From Bryobacteraceae bacterium (GTDB lineage Bacteria > Acidobacteriota > Terriglobia > Bryobacterales > Bryobacteraceae), in the NCBI GenBank assembly GCA_041490325.1, contig JBGPSX010000001.1:1-39439 (forward strand): DNA of 39,439 bases, written 5' to 3'. The translations under genes were made by a program, and so were the position numbers. Shown one piece after another: positions 8,428 to 18,507 of this stretch (position 1 is the stretch's first letter; each line of letters begins with the position of its first letter). A model generated the notes under the pieces. That model searched no databases, had not been told where the DNA came from, and worked only from the letters and a program-made list of their open reading frames with translations.

Positions 8428-9117
8428 ATGCGATCAGAGGCCGCTCTCGAAGAACTATATAGAAAACGCGCTTCACGCCGCTGGTACGATCGCTTCGTTC
8501 GACTGGTACAACCGCCGGCTCCGTTCATCATGAACCCAGCCGAACCCAAGGATTTCCCTTTGGGCCGGTGGAATCTCTACATCGGCGGCGCGGGGCGCAC
8601 GGTGGATGGATATGTCAATCTGGACCTGTTCGCGGTGCCCGGCGTGGATGTCGCCGCGGACGCGGAGCATCTGCCTTTTCCGGCCGACATGTTTCAGCGG
8701 GCGGAGTGTGACGCGGTCTTGGAACACGTTCGCGATCCCGCACAGGTGATGTCCGAGATCCGTCGCGTGTTGTCGCCCGGCGGGTACCTTCATATCGTCG
8801 TACCGTTCTGCCACCCGTTTCACGAATATCCGAAAGACTATCGAAGGTTTACTCCGGATGGCCTGAAGGAGTTGGCCTGGTCATGGGAGGTTGTGGCCGA
8901 GGGATGGCGGACGGGTCCGACGGCGACTCTGCTCGTTTTTGTTGTCGAATATGTGAAACTACTGCTTCCGTTTCGAGCTTGGCGAGCCGTCACGCATGTG
9001 GTCTTGGGCTGGTTGCTCTTTCCGTTTCGATATTTGGATCTTCTACTGTTTCGATCCACTGGAGTTCAACGCATCGGCAACCATTGCTATCTCTGGTTGC
9101 GAAAGCCTTCAGGCTAA
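8428..9117 (+). CDS. Class I SAM-dependent methyltransferase (Methyltransf_11-like) with a hydrophobic C-terminal tail
   Basis: LYIGGAGRTVDGYVNLD (motif I-like), AEHLPFPADMFQRAECDAVLEHV, and RRVLSPGGYLHIVVP (post-II/III motifs). The C-terminus (LLVFVVEYVKLLLPF...VVLGWLLFPF) looks membrane-embedded. Confidence 0.8.
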   Translation: MRSEAALEELYRKRASRRWYDRFVRLVQPPAPFIMNPAEPKDFPLGRWNLYIGGAGRTVDGYVNLDLFAVPGVDVAADAEHLPFPADMFQRAECDAVLEHVRDPAQVMSEIRRVLSPGGYLHIVVPFCHPFHEYPKDYRRFTPDGLKELAWSWEVVAEGWRTGPTATLLVFVVEYVKLLLPFRAWRAVTHVVLGWLLFPFRYLDLLLFRSTGVQRIGNHCYLWLRKPSG

Positions 9118-10877
9118 CGGTTCAGGCGACTGATATTCGAAAAAGCCGACTCGCCCGAGTCGTTGATCGCACGTACGCGGTACGTCACCAAACCGCTCCG
9201 AGGCGCCGCGGTGTCAGTGTATTGGGATCCGGCGGCAGGTGTGGCAATCCGCTCCCATCGGCCTTCGTTTCCGATGCGCCGTTCGATCGCGACCTTGGAA
9301 GGATTGCCGTCATGCATCTCCCAATGCAGCGATACGCCGGCGCTCGAAGCCTGAGTCGTGAGTCCGCTGGGCGCCTCGGGAAGGATCGGCCAATCGAAGT
9401 AACTCGCATCGGCAATAGCCAGGATGCTGTCGCGAACCGGTAGCGCCTCCAGCGTATCGGCGACGCCGCGCTTCCAGTCCAGCCCCGAGATTTCGCCGGA
9501 CACGACGTCGATCAGCACTGGGTCGCGAATTCCGGTGTTCTTCAGTTTGAATGTCACCGTCAGCGGTGGAAATGCGCCGCCTGGGACGCTGTGAGCCGCG
9601 GCCCAATAGGCGACGATCGCTTTTCCGTTCTTATTGCGAAAACCGTAGCGCAGGAGCGGCGCGCGGCCCTGCCGTCGCAGGTTTGGAATATCCGATGCCT
9701 CTATCGTGATCTTCGGGTCGAGCTTCGTGTCGGAGAACAAGGCGTTGGTATTCTGCAGGGCGAAGAAAACTGGCCGCGGCGCGAAATCGTCCGGAAGATT
9801 CCGCCGGCCGTGAATGAATCCGAAGTCGTCGTACTCATTGCCGTCGACACCCGCTGCCAGGAGCCATACAAATGTCTTCACGCCAGCCGCGAGATTGTAG
9901 ATCATTCCGCGCGGTACGTACTTCGATTGAACAGTGTCGTCGGAGCCCCGCCAGGACGGAATGGAATTGAACTCGTCGTCCCAAAACTCGATGTCTTTGC
10001 GAATGCCCGGATAGTTTCGAACCAGATCGCGCAGCTTCGCGGGCGATTCGACGCCATAGGCCCCGGAATCCATCGACTCCGGATGCACGTTCTGTCCATA
10101 TCCCGGATACGTGTGATAGGCGAAGATGTCGATCTCGGATGCGCACTTGCATTCATCCAGCGCGCGCTTGGCCCACTCGCTGTTTGGATCCGCCTGGCCG
10201 CCATAAATCACTTTGGCCTGCGGATCGGTTTGATGGACTGCCGGCGCGAAGGCCGCGAGCAACCGGCCGTAGTCTTCCGGATTGCCCCAAGGATTCCAAT
10301 ACCCGATGTCTTGCTCGTTCCACAGCGCATAGTAATGAATCCGTCCGCGGAAATGATTCACCATCCATTTCACGTATTTTAAGAACGCCGCGATTTGATC
10401 CGGTGTCTTGGGCGGCCAGAAGATTGAGTCGAAACTGCGATCGTCGTTGTGGAAACTACCCGGCTTAGGCGTGATCTGATCTGGCTTGTAGCCGGATGGC
10501 GAGGTGTACATCGGATTGCCATACATCAACTGCACCTGCACCTTGACGCCGTTTTCGACCAGGGAATTAACGTAGTCGTCCACTTCGGGTGCGATCGCGT
10601 AGACGCCGCGCTTCTGTTCCACCCAATCCCAACTGGTTGGATCCGAGCTGTTTTCGTATTGACCAATCCGAATCCAGCCGAATCCTGAATCGAACATGCG
10701 CGTCCACCACCAGCGGTCCCAAGGCAGGTGCGGCTCACGCGGAAGGTCGGAGTTGATGCCGAATCCATTCTCGACTTGAGAAGTTCGCTTCGGCGGCACG
10801 TGATTCGGGAAGTTGGATCGCGAACCCTGTGCGAGCAGCAGAGTGGCCGGCAGCAGTGCCAAGGCTACGAATCGCAT
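9114..10877 (-). CDS. Secreted clan GH-A (TIM-barrel) glycoside hydrolase with a C-terminal fibronectin type III domain
   Basis: Signal peptide MRFVALALLPATLLLAQG. HYYALWNEQD (WNE acid/base motif), FAYHTYPG, and EFWDDEFNS (nucleophile region). C-terminal FN3-like PSGLTTQASSAGVSLHWE...YRVRAINDSGESAFS. The GH family was not assigned. Confidence 0.8.
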   Translation of the reverse strand: MRFVALALLPATLLLAQGSRSNFPNHVPPKRTSQVENGFGINSDLPREPHLPWDRWWWTRMFDSGFGWIRIGQYENSSDPTSWDWVEQKRGVYAIAPEVDDYVNSLVENGVKVQVQLMYGNPMYTSPSGYKPDQITPKPGSFHNDDRSFDSIFWPPKTPDQIAAFLKYVKWMVNHFRGRIHYYALWNEQDIGYWNPWGNPEDYGRLLAAFAPAVHQTDPQAKVIYGGQADPNSEWAKRALDECKCASEIDIFAYHTYPGYGQNVHPESMDSGAYGVESPAKLRDLVRNYPGIRKDIEFWDDEFNSIPSWRGSDDTVQSKYVPRGMIYNLAAGVKTFVWLLAAGVDGNEYDDFGFIHGRRNLPDDFAPRPVFFALQNTNALFSDTKLDPKITIEASDIPNLRRQGRAPLLRYGFRNKNGKAIVAYWAAAHSVPGGAFPPLTVTFKLKNTGIRDPVLIDVVSGEISGLDWKRGVADTLEALPVRDSILAIADASYFDWPILPEAPSGLTTQASSAGVSLHWEMHDGNPSKVAIERRIGNEGRWERIATPAAGSQYTDTAAPRSGLVTYRVRAINDSGESAFSNISRLNR

Positions 10878-10948
10878 CTTCGCAGTATACTTCCAACCCG
10901 GTGAAGCATACTGCCAACGCGATCCTCTTCCAGTGGTACATTGAACCC

Positions 10949-11593
10949 ATGAAGGCTCTGGTTCTTATCGGATTCTGCGCGACGGCGACGCTTTTTGCGC
11001 AAGACTGGAAGCCACTTTTCAACGGCAAAGATCTGGAGGGTTGGAAGCACGTCGGTCCAGGATCGATGAGTGTCGAGAAGGGCGAGATTGAAACGCACGG
11101 CGGTATGGGGTTGCTGTACTGGAGTGGCGGCAAGGTAGGAAACTGCGTCATCCGCGTGGTTTTTCGTATGCGCGACCACAACGACAATTCCGGCGTGTTT
11201 ATTCGTATTCCCGACGAGCCAGTGGACGAATGGAAGCCGGTGAATACCGGTTATGAAGTACAGATCGACAACGAGCCCGAGAAAAGCAATGAGGACGACC
11301 TCCATATTACGGGCACACTGTATTCGTTGACGAAGCCGCTCGCCAAGCCCGCGAAACCGGGTCCGGAATGGAACACGATGGAGATTACTCTGGACGGAAA
11401 GCACACCCTCGTAACCGTCAACGGCGTCAAAGTTACCGACTACAAGGAAGGCGATCCCGTTCCGCCGAAGAAGTTCAAATTTGAGCCAGATCGTGGGCTG
11501 CGTCCGGAAACCGGATATTTCGGATTGCAGAACCACGGCGGACACGATGTGGTGTTTTTTAAATCGGTGGAGATCAAGCCGCTGGCCAACTAA
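10949..11593 (+). CDS. Secreted DUF1080 (3-keto-disaccharide hydrolase-like) domain protein
   Basis: MKALVLIGFCATATLFAQ signal, followed by DWKPLFNGKDLEGWKHVG, NSGVFIRIP, GYEVQIDN, TGTLYSL, and GYFGLQNHGG..VFFKSVEIKPL, the classic DUF1080 pattern. The start was moved to ATG 10949. Confidence 0.85.
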   Translation: MKALVLIGFCATATLFAQDWKPLFNGKDLEGWKHVGPGSMSVEKGEIETHGGMGLLYWSGGKVGNCVIRVVFRMRDHNDNSGVFIRIPDEPVDEWKPVNTGYEVQIDNEPEKSNEDDLHITGTLYSLTKPLAKPAKPGPEWNTMEITLDGKHTLVTVNGVKVTDYKEGDPVPPKKFKFEPDRGLRPETGYFGLQNHGGHDVVFFKSVEIKPLAN

Positions 11594-11599
11594 CACAGC

Positions 11600-12832
11600 A
11601 TGCGTCTCTGCAACTTTGCGCTCCTGCTTGTGCCGGTCGCCTGGGCGGCCGACTACCGAGTGGGAGTAGCTCGCGTTGACATCACTGCACCGGTTGGTCA
11701 CGCCATGGGTGGATATTCGGATCGCAAGCAAGGCGCTACTGGAACGCACGATCCGCTGTACGCAACCGTACTGGTGATCGAGTCTGGCAATAGCAGCCTG
11801 GCGCTGGTGACATGCGACCTGCGGTCGTTTGTCTCGACGCGCGTCGGACAACTCGCCCAAGAGAAATTCGGAGTGAAGACCACGATTCTCAGCGTCTCTC
11901 ATACGCACTCCGGACCTTTGACTTGGGAGGCGCGAACTCCGTGGTACACGGACGCTGAGAACAAGATGATCGACGCGATTGGCGCCGCTAAAGCTAAGAT
12001 GTTCGAGGCATCGCTCGAGGTGTCAACCGGGCACGTTTACCTGGGTTTCAACCGGCGCAAAGTTGTGGATGGGCGCGCGACGATGTGGTGGCGCAATTCC
12101 GAAAAACTTCCGTCGCACCCGCTGGATCCGACTGTGAATGTACTCACGGTCAAGGATGTGGATGGCAAGATACGGGCGGTGCTGGTGAACTACGCGTGCC
12201 ATCCGTCGGTTCTTGGTCCGGACAATCTGCAGTATTCGGCGGATTATCCTGGCGCCTTGAAACGATACGTTGAGTCGCAAGTTCCAGGCGCGATGTGTCT
12301 GTTCGTGCAAGGGGGCGCGGGCGACATCAATCCTTATCGTGACAAAGAGCCGGTGGCTGGCGATGGATTTGGCGCTGTGGATGACATGGGACAGGCGTTG
12401 GGTAAAACGGTGATGTCTGTCCTCGGGCGTTCGCGGCCCATCTCGGGCCCTTTGCGCGTTGGTTCGGAAGTCACGGAGGTCAAGAATCGATGGCGGCCTG
12501 ACGAGAGAATCGCGATCGGTTGGACGGCGGGCGCATTCGGCGATGCATTCTGTTTCGCAGCATTCCCGGGCGAGCTTTTTGTCGAGCATCAGATCACATT
12601 GCGTGAAAAAGCAGAGTGCGCAAGTACCGTGCTGTTCGGTTATTCGTATTCCGGCGGCGGAGTCTGGGCTGGTTACATTCCGACGATCCTTGGGGCCGTG
12701 GAAGGTGGTTATGGCGCGGATTACAACACCACGGTGGAAGCCGGCGCCGGGGAGCGTCTGATCGATCGGGCGGTAGTCAGGCTATTCCAGTTGCGCGGGC
12801 TGCTCAAAGACCTGCCCGATACGGCGTACTGA
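11600..12832 (+). CDS. Neutral/alkaline ceramidase-like hydrolase, short form (paralog 1)
   Basis: Signal-like N-terminus. VGVARVDITAPVGHAMGGY, LALVTCDL, SVSHTHSGP, VNYACHPSVLG and GGAGDINPY match the neutral ceramidase N-terminal catalytic domain motifs. It starts 6 nt after the DUF1080 gene. Confidence 0.8.
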   Translation: MRLCNFALLLVPVAWAADYRVGVARVDITAPVGHAMGGYSDRKQGATGTHDPLYATVLVIESGNSSLALVTCDLRSFVSTRVGQLAQEKFGVKTTILSVSHTHSGPLTWEARTPWYTDAENKMIDAIGAAKAKMFEASLEVSTGHVYLGFNRRKVVDGRATMWWRNSEKLPSHPLDPTVNVLTVKDVDGKIRAVLVNYACHPSVLGPDNLQYSADYPGALKRYVESQVPGAMCLFVQGGAGDINPYRDKEPVAGDGFGAVDDMGQALGKTVMSVLGRSRPISGPLRVGSEVTEVKNRWRPDERIAIGWTAGAFGDAFCFAAFPGELFVEHQITLREKAECASTVLFGYSYSGGGVWAGYIPTILGAVEGGYGADYNTTVEAGAGERLIDRAVVRLFQLRGLLKDLPDTAY

Positions 12833-14148
12833 TGCGGCCCCTGCTCCTGCTGGTTTCCGTCGCTCTGCTGCATGGCTCGGATTTTCGGGCAGGTGTGGCC
12901 AAGGCGGATCTGGATCCACCAACCGGCCTTCCGATGGCGGGGTACAGCGTGCGTTACTCGAAGGGCACGCTCGATCCGCTGGAGGCGCGCGTGCTGGCGT
13001 TATCCGACGGCACTCGCAAGATAGCTCTGGTGACGCTGGATCTATGCTACGTTTTCGATCCCCCGATTCTGGAGGCCATCCGGCGCGCGGTGCAGGGTAA
13101 CGTTGATGAAGTTATTTTTCACGCATCGCACACGCATTCGGGTCCCACGTACAGCGAAGCTCCTGAAGCCGCGCGGCACGCTGTTCCCAGGATCGCCGGC
13201 GCAATTGAAGCGGCAGCGCGCGGCATGGCGCCGATTCGAATCGGAACCGGCTGGGGGCAGGTCTTTCTCGGATTCAATCGGCGCTACCTTCGGCCGGATG
13301 GATCGGTTGAAATGCTGTGGCGGAATGAGACCAAGATTTCGACCACGTTTCCTGTTGACCCGACGGTCGGCGTGATTCGGATTGATCGGAGCGACGGAAC
13401 GCCGCTGGCTGTGCTGGTGAATTATGCCTGTCATCCAGTGGTTCTCGGACCGGAGAATCTCGACTATTCGGCCGACTATCCATCCGAGATGCGGCGCTAC
13501 ATTGAGCAGGAACTCGGAGCTGGAGTAATGGCATTCTTTCTGCAAGGCGCGCCCGGCGATATCAATCCTTACTACGACAAGACGTCCTTGATCGAGGACG
13601 CGGTCGGCCTGATGAAACAAACCGGCCGAACGCTGGGCGTTGAGGCCGTGCGGGTAGCACGAGCGATTACGACGACGACACCGGCAGCCGCGCGCATTCA
13701 ATCGAAGACTGTAATTGTCACGGCGGCCAATCGGTGGAACGTGGAGAAATTGCGGCCGCTGGTCCGCGAACGGTATCACCTGGAAGGTCCGCGCGCGGCG
13801 CGCTTGCTGCGGGAGAAGATGGATCTGCCGGTCACTACGCTGCTGCTCAATTTTGCATCGCCGGAAAACGATCTCGCCTTCGTGGGGATGCCGGGCGAAC
13901 CTTTCGTCGAGTTTCAGATGCAGTTGCGCGCCAAGAGCCCGGTGACGCATTCCTTTCTTCTCGGATATACGAACGGCTATTTCGCGTATTTTCCGACCAT
14001 CGCCGCCGCGGTTCGTGGCGGCTACGGTGCGGACTCGACGGTTGTACCCACCGAAGCCGGCACGGGCGAGCGGTTGCTCAACACGGGATTGATATCGATT
14101 TATGAATTGCTCGGGAAATTGTCAGAGCGTCCCGGCAACGCCCGGTGA
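12832..14148 (+). CDS. Neutral/alkaline ceramidase-like hydrolase, short form (paralog 2)
   Basis: MRPLLLLVSVALLHG signal. AGVAKADLDPPTGLPMAGY, IALVTLDL, HASHTHSGP, VNYACHPVVLG and GAPGDINPY. ATG 12832 shares one base with the upstream TGA (TGATG). The 12616-12831 extension lies inside paralog 1. Confidence 0.8.
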   Translation: MRPLLLLVSVALLHGSDFRAGVAKADLDPPTGLPMAGYSVRYSKGTLDPLEARVLALSDGTRKIALVTLDLCYVFDPPILEAIRRAVQGNVDEVIFHASHTHSGPTYSEAPEAARHAVPRIAGAIEAAARGMAPIRIGTGWGQVFLGFNRRYLRPDGSVEMLWRNETKISTTFPVDPTVGVIRIDRSDGTPLAVLVNYACHPVVLGPENLDYSADYPSEMRRYIEQELGAGVMAFFLQGAPGDINPYYDKTSLIEDAVGLMKQTGRTLGVEAVRVARAITTTTPAAARIQSKTVIVTAANRWNVEKLRPLVRERYHLEGPRAARLLREKMDLPVTTLLLNFASPENDLAFVGMPGEPFVEFQMQLRAKSPVTHSFLLGYTNGYFAYFPTIAAAVRGGYGADSTVVPTEAGTGERLLNTGLISIYELLGKLSERPGNAR

Positions 14149-14757
14149 TCCGTTCAGGCTGAGCCGCGCGCGCAGCAGGCTCGGCATCTCGCGAGGCGTT
14201 GGGATACGAAGTACATCCAGACCGGCCGCGCGGGCGCTGGCCTCCCCGGCGTTCGAGTCCTCAAGTACCAGACCTCGCCGGACGCCGAGTTTCTCGAGAG
14301 CGAGCAAGTAGGGATCGGGGGCGGGTTTGTGCCGTGTTACGTCTCCGCCATACACGACGGCGCGAAAACGGTCAAGAATACCCGCCTTTAAAAGGATGGG
14401 TTCAATCTCGCTTTGTCCGCTAGATGTCACGACTGCCAGCGGGTATTGGTCCAATTCGCCGAGGATCTTCAACACTTCTTCTGAAAGCGGTTGGCCTTCG
14501 AGCATCCTGTTCTTGAAGGCTTCCTTCTTGCGCGGATACTCAGCCAGAAGCCGCTCCACATCAAAAGGCGGGTGGGTTTGCTGGCACAGGAGCGACATGA
14601 GGGCGCGATCCGAAACGCCGATACCGTGATCGCAGTATATTTTCCAGTCGAGATCGAGCCCGAATTCCTGGAGTATCTCCCGCCAGCACTCGAAGTGAAC
14701 GGGCTCGCTGTCCACCAGGACGCCGTCAAAATCGAACAAGATAGCTTCGTAAGGCAC
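14122..14757 (-). CDS. HAD-superfamily hydrolase, subfamily IA (beta-phosphoglucomutase/phosphatase-like)
   Basis: AILFDFDGVLVDSEP (motif I DxD), VVTSSG (motif II), and KPAPDPY...EDSNAGEASARAAG (motifs III/IV). GTG start at 14757. The 3' end overlaps the convergent ceramidase gene by 27 nt. Confidence 0.85.
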   Translation of the reverse strand: MPYEAILFDFDGVLVDSEPVHFECWREILQEFGLDLDWKIYCDHGIGVSDRALMSLLCQQTHPPFDVERLLAEYPRKKEAFKNRMLEGQPLSEEVLKILGELDQYPLAVVTSSGQSEIEPILLKAGILDRFRAVVYGGDVTRHKPAPDPYLLALEKLGVRRGLVLEDSNAGEASARAAGLDVLRIPTPREMPSLLRARLSLNGSPGVAGTL

Positions 14758-14789
14758 TCCATTTCAGGATCGCATGGAGTGGTCAGCGG

Positions 14790-15848
14790 TTACTTCAGAC
14801 GTTTTAGGTCTTTCTTGGCTGGCTCGAAGTCGGGCTTCAGACGCAGGGAGGTTTCTAACTCGGAGCGGGCTTCTGGTTTCCGGCCTTGCTTCTCGTAAAC
14901 CAACCCCAACGACCAATGCACTGCCGCGATCGTAGGGGAGTTCGCTTCCGGTTCTTTCGTCTCGGTGAGATACTTCTTCAGGTATGTTTCGGCCCTTTGC
15001 AGCTCAATGCCTTCACGCAGCATCGCGCGCGCTGCGTTCACGTAAGGTGAGAGGTCATCTGGAATCGCTGTCTCGGCCCGGGCGATCACCTGAGCCGCTT
15101 CATCCACGCGCTTCTCGAGCACGAGAGCAATCGCTAGAAATCGATACCCACTGATGCGATCCGGATTCAAGTCCAACACCACCCTCGAATGTTGTTCCGC
15201 GAGACTTGGGTTGGGCCGTTGGCCCAGATAATATCCAGCCAGACTGATGCGTGCCTGGTAGTCTTTCGGATTCGCCTCGACTGCCTTCTGATACAAGCTC
15301 TCCAGCTTGCCATCTTCCTTTTGCTCCCGAGCCATGCGTGCCTGCGCGAGGTACCCGCGCACTGGATCGACTCTCACAATCTCGCTGGCGATGTCCGCTG
15401 CTTTTTTCCTATCACCGCCCACAATTCCCGGAGCCTGCAGGAAATAGAGCATCTGATCCAGCATATTGGCGGGATCCTTGGGAGCGAGGGCGAGCGCCGC
15501 GTCGAATTCCGCATGTAGCTTGCGCGCGAGGCCAATCTGCTTGAGGAAAGATACCTTGTCGGCTTGATCGGCGTAGACTTCACCGAGCTCTCGATGTGCG
15601 ACGCTGGACTTGGGATCCAGCCGCACGGCCGTTTCGGCGTACTTCTGGGCCTCGTCCAAATTTCCAAATTCGTGGTGGACGCGTGCCAGCAGGTAGGCGG
15701 CCCGGGAGTCATTGGGGTGCGCGCGGAAGTTGGCTTCCGCAAAGTCACGGGCGCGTTTCCAGTGGCCATTTTCAAACAGTGAATCGAAGTTCGGTTCGGC
15801 TGCGAGGATCGGGAAACTCAGGACAACCGCCAACCAGAGAGTGCGCAT
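14790..15848 (-). CDS. Secreted tetratricopeptide (TPR) repeat protein
   Basis: MRTLWLAVVLSFPILAAEP signal, then repeated A-x-x-Y / LDP / P-x-x-A TPR-like units (AETAVRLDPKSSVAH, AVEANPKDYQARISLAGYY, LETSLRLKPDFEPAKKDL). Start at ATG 15848, 4 nt after the permease stop. Confidence 0.8.
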   Translation of the reverse strand: MRTLWLAVVLSFPILAAEPNFDSLFENGHWKRARDFAEANFRAHPNDSRAAYLLARVHHEFGNLDEAQKYAETAVRLDPKSSVAHRELGEVYADQADKVSFLKQIGLARKLHAEFDAALALAPKDPANMLDQMLYFLQAPGIVGGDRKKAADIASEIVRVDPVRGYLAQARMAREQKEDGKLESLYQKAVEANPKDYQARISLAGYYLGQRPNPSLAEQHSRVVLDLNPDRISGYRFLAIALVLEKRVDEAAQVIARAETAIPDDLSPYVNAARAMLREGIELQRAETYLKKYLTETKEPEANSPTIAAVHWSLGLVYEKQGRKPEARSELETSLRLKPDFEPAKKDLKRLK

Positions 15849-15852
15849 GACT

Positions 15853-18507
15853 CTACTCACAACGGAGGGCGATAGTCGGATCCACGCTTGAGGCGCGGCG
15901 AGCAGGAAGATAGCAGGCCAGGGCCGCGACGGCCAGGAACAGCAGACTGATGCACACGAACGTGGTGGCATCGGTCGGGCTGACTTGATAGAGCATGAAC
16001 GCCAGCAGTCGCGTAACACCGAAAGCGCCCGCCAAGCCGATCAGCATGCCGATGGATGCCAGCTTGAGTCCTTGCCCAACGACCAGCGAAACCAAATCGC
16101 GCCTGGCCGCTCCGAGAGCCATCCGAATTCCAAACTCCTGTTTTCGAGCCGCCACCGAGTAAACCATAACGCCGTAAATTCCGAGCGCCGCAAGAAACAG
16201 GGTAAGACCAGCGAAGAAAGACGTGATCTTCCCCACGACGACGAGCGGTGCGCGCATTTGTTCCATCATCTGGTCCATGGTTTGGATCTCGGCTACGGCC
16301 TGTTCCTTGTCGACCGCCATGGTGGCTTGACGAATTCCATTGGCCAGGTCCCCAGCTCCTGGTCCTGCGCGGATCACCAGCCTCATCGAGCGCGCGGGGA
16401 GTTGTTTGTGCGGAACATAGATTTCCGGCTGGGCGAGATCTGTTTCGTTCTGGCCCTTCGTGTCCTTGACGACACCGACGATAGTGAGCATCGATTTGAG
16501 ATTGACGCCGTAACGGACACGTTTTCCAATGGGGTCATCGTGAAGCCAGTGACGCTGGGCCATGGTCTGGTTAATGACGGCGACCGGGAGCGTCTCCTGG
16601 CGATCCTCTTCCGAGAGCAAGCGCCCGCGGACCAGAGGGATTTCCATGGCCGCAAAATAACCGGGCGTAGTAACATCCAGCCGTACCAAAGGAAGTTCGT
16701 CCGGCGCGGCCGGCTGTTGGCCGTCGATGGCGTAGCGAGTCTGGTTGCCGCTGCCGGAATAAGGAATGAGCAATACCGCGGCGGCGGACTTGACACCGGG
16801 CAACGATTGCATTTGCTCGACAAGCCGGCTGTAGAAATCTGTAACTCGAGCGCGGGTGTTGTATTTCGCATCGGAGAGCACTACTTGCGCGGTTACCAAC
16901 CCATTGGGGTTGAATCCGGGATCGCTGGCGTACATTCGAAGCAGGCTGTTCACCAGCAAGCCGGAGGCAACCAACACGACTAGAGCCAGGGACACTTCAC
17001 CGACGATGAGCGAGTTCTTCAATCGTGTTCCCCCGGAATGCGCCGAAATGCGCGAAGTGCCGGTCTTGAGGTTATGACTGATATCGATTCGCCAGCAATG
17101 CACGGCCGGGGCGAAGCCAAACAGCAAGCCGGTGACCAATGCGATGGCGAGTGTATAGAGGAGCGTCTCAGAATTGACTTGCAGCACGCCCTGGTTGGGC
17201 AAGTATTGACGCACCTCGTGTGGAATCGATTGCGCAATCCAGCGCACTCCCCACACAGCGAATAGTACGCTAACGGCGGCGGCACATAGAAACAAGACCA
17301 GGTTCTCGGTTAGAAGTTGGCGTAAGAGCCGAGCTTTGCCGGCGCCGATTGCGAGCCGCACGGACATCTCGCGCTGGCGATTTACAGCGCGGCCGACAAT
17401 CAGGTTGGCGACGTTGACGCAGGCGATGAGCAAGACGCATCCTACCAGCCAGAAGATGATCAAGGCCTGTTCACTGCCGCCTTGCTTTCCGATCTCTTCC
17501 TGCACCGTGTGCAGTTGAACGCTTTTGCCTTTGTTGGTCGCTGGATAGGTTTGCTCCAGGCGCCGGGCCACTGCGTTCAAGGAACCGGCGGCGCGCGTAA
17601 ATGGTACGCCTGGCTTGACGCGCCCGATTACATCCAGATATCGCAGGCCGCGGCTCTTGAGTTCGTCTTCGCTGAATGCAAATGGCATCCAGACATTCGA
17701 TCGACCCATTAGAGGCAAATGGAAGCTGGCCGGCAGAACGCCGATGATGGTTGTCGAGCGCCCATTGACCGAAATCAATTTGCCGACGATTCCGCGTTCG
17801 GCAGCAAAATGACTTTGCCAGAGCGCGTGACTGATCATTGCCACGGGCTCCGCGCCTGGTTGATCCTCCTGCGCGAGAAAGCCACGACCTAGTTGCGGAC
17901 GGACACCCAGCATCTGGAAAAACTCCGCATTCACGCGGCTGCCGACGATTTGTTCGGGCTGGTCCCCGCGCATCAGGGTGAAGATCGGCGTGGAGAAAGC
18001 ACAGATTGTTTCGAATGCCTGGTTGTCCTGACGCCAGTCGTAGAGATCGGCCGGCGACGTGCTGCCCACTTGGTTCCGCTTCACGTCGGCCGTGAAAACC
18101 GAAACTAGCCGGCTCGACTCGGGGTAGGGAAGGGGCTTGAGAATCCAAGCATCCACGATGCTGAAAATCGACGTGTTCGCTCCAATGCCGAGGGCCAGCG
18201 TCAACACTGCAACGGCGGCGAAGCCGGGGCTTTTTCGAAGCATTCGACCGGCGTATCGCAGGTCTTGCATGGTTTCGTCGAGCAAACGCAAGCCGCGTGC
18301 TTGCCGGCAGTCTTCCTTGATCGGCTCCAGGCGCCCGAACTCGATGCGAGCCATCCGCTCCGCTTCTTGCCTCGAAATCCCTGAGCGGACCAGGTCCTCT
18401 GTATAGCTTGTGACGTGAAACCGCATCTCTGCGTCCATGTCCTGTTCCATTCGCTGCCGCCGCAACGCGCTCTTGAGTAGAGATGTGCAACGCGCCTGCC
18501 AGCTCAT
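15853..18507 (-). CDS. ADOP-family duplicated orphan permease (two MacB-periplasmic-core + FtsX modules, no cognate ATPase adjacent)
   Basis: 884 aa. [29 protein letters not shown] is the typical ADOP first TM. There are two FtsX-type modules ([19 protein letters not shown]... and [19 protein letters not shown]...). The ATGA overlap with PadR is at 18504-18507. Confidence 0.9.
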   Translation of the reverse strand: MSWQARCTSLLKSALRRQRMEQDMDAEMRFHVTSYTEDLVRSGISRQEAERMARIEFGRLEPIKEDCRQARGLRLLDETMQDLRYAGRMLRKSPGFAAVAVLTLALGIGANTSIFSIVDAWILKPLPYPESSRLVSVFTADVKRNQVGSTSPADLYDWRQDNQAFETICAFSTPIFTLMRGDQPEQIVGSRVNAEFFQMLGVRPQLGRGFLAQEDQPGAEPVAMISHALWQSHFAAERGIVGKLISVNGRSTTIIGVLPASFHLPLMGRSNVWMPFAFSEDELKSRGLRYLDVIGRVKPGVPFTRAAGSLNAVARRLEQTYPATNKGKSVQLHTVQEEIGKQGGSEQALIIFWLVGCVLLIACVNVANLIVGRAVNRQREMSVRLAIGAGKARLLRQLLTENLVLFLCAAAVSVLFAVWGVRWIAQSIPHEVRQYLPNQGVLQVNSETLLYTLAIALVTGLLFGFAPAVHCWRIDISHNLKTGTSRISAHSGGTRLKNSLIVGEVSLALVVLVASGLLVNSLLRMYASDPGFNPNGLVTAQVVLSDAKYNTRARVTDFYSRLVEQMQSLPGVKSAAAVLLIPYSGSGNQTRYAIDGQQPAAPDELPLVRLDVTTPGYFAAMEIPLVRGRLLSEEDRQETLPVAVINQTMAQRHWLHDDPIGKRVRYGVNLKSMLTIVGVVKDTKGQNETDLAQPEIYVPHKQLPARSMRLVIRAGPGAGDLANGIRQATMAVDKEQAVAEIQTMDQMMEQMRAPLVVVGKITSFFAGLTLFLAALGIYGVMVYSVAARKQEFGIRMALGAARRDLVSLVVGQGLKLASIGMLIGLAGAFGVTRLLAFMLYQVSPTDATTFVCISLLFLAVAALACYLPARRASSVDPTIALRCE

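Noticed and set aside
10865-11908. 347-aa ORF on the minus strand
   Set aside because: It is antisense to the DUF1080 and ceramidase-like genes and runs straight across their intergenic spacer. Its Arg/His/Val-rich composition is typical of shadow ORFs in GC-rich DNA, and it has no recognisable motifs. The plus-strand genes have clear family signatures.
13042-13950. 302-aa minus-strand ORF
   Set aside because: It is antisense to ceramidase-like paralog 2, which has conserved catalytic motifs. It is a typical GC-rich shadow frame.
15849-16019. N-terminal extension of the TPR ORF; similar extensions at 4114-4212, 10829-10948, 12616-12831, 18846-18902, 29249-29308 and 29833-29868
   Set aside because: Each extension overlaps the upstream gene or lacks any signal or motif. 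In every case an internal start gives a proper signal peptide or family N-terminus and a canonical start/stop coupling.
15985-18490. ORFs 15985-16983 (+, 332 aa) and 17471-18490 (-, 339 aa, alternative frame)
   Set aside because: Both lie entirely inside the 884-aa ADOP permease gene. They are extremely Arg/Gly/His-rich with no hydrophobic core or motifs.
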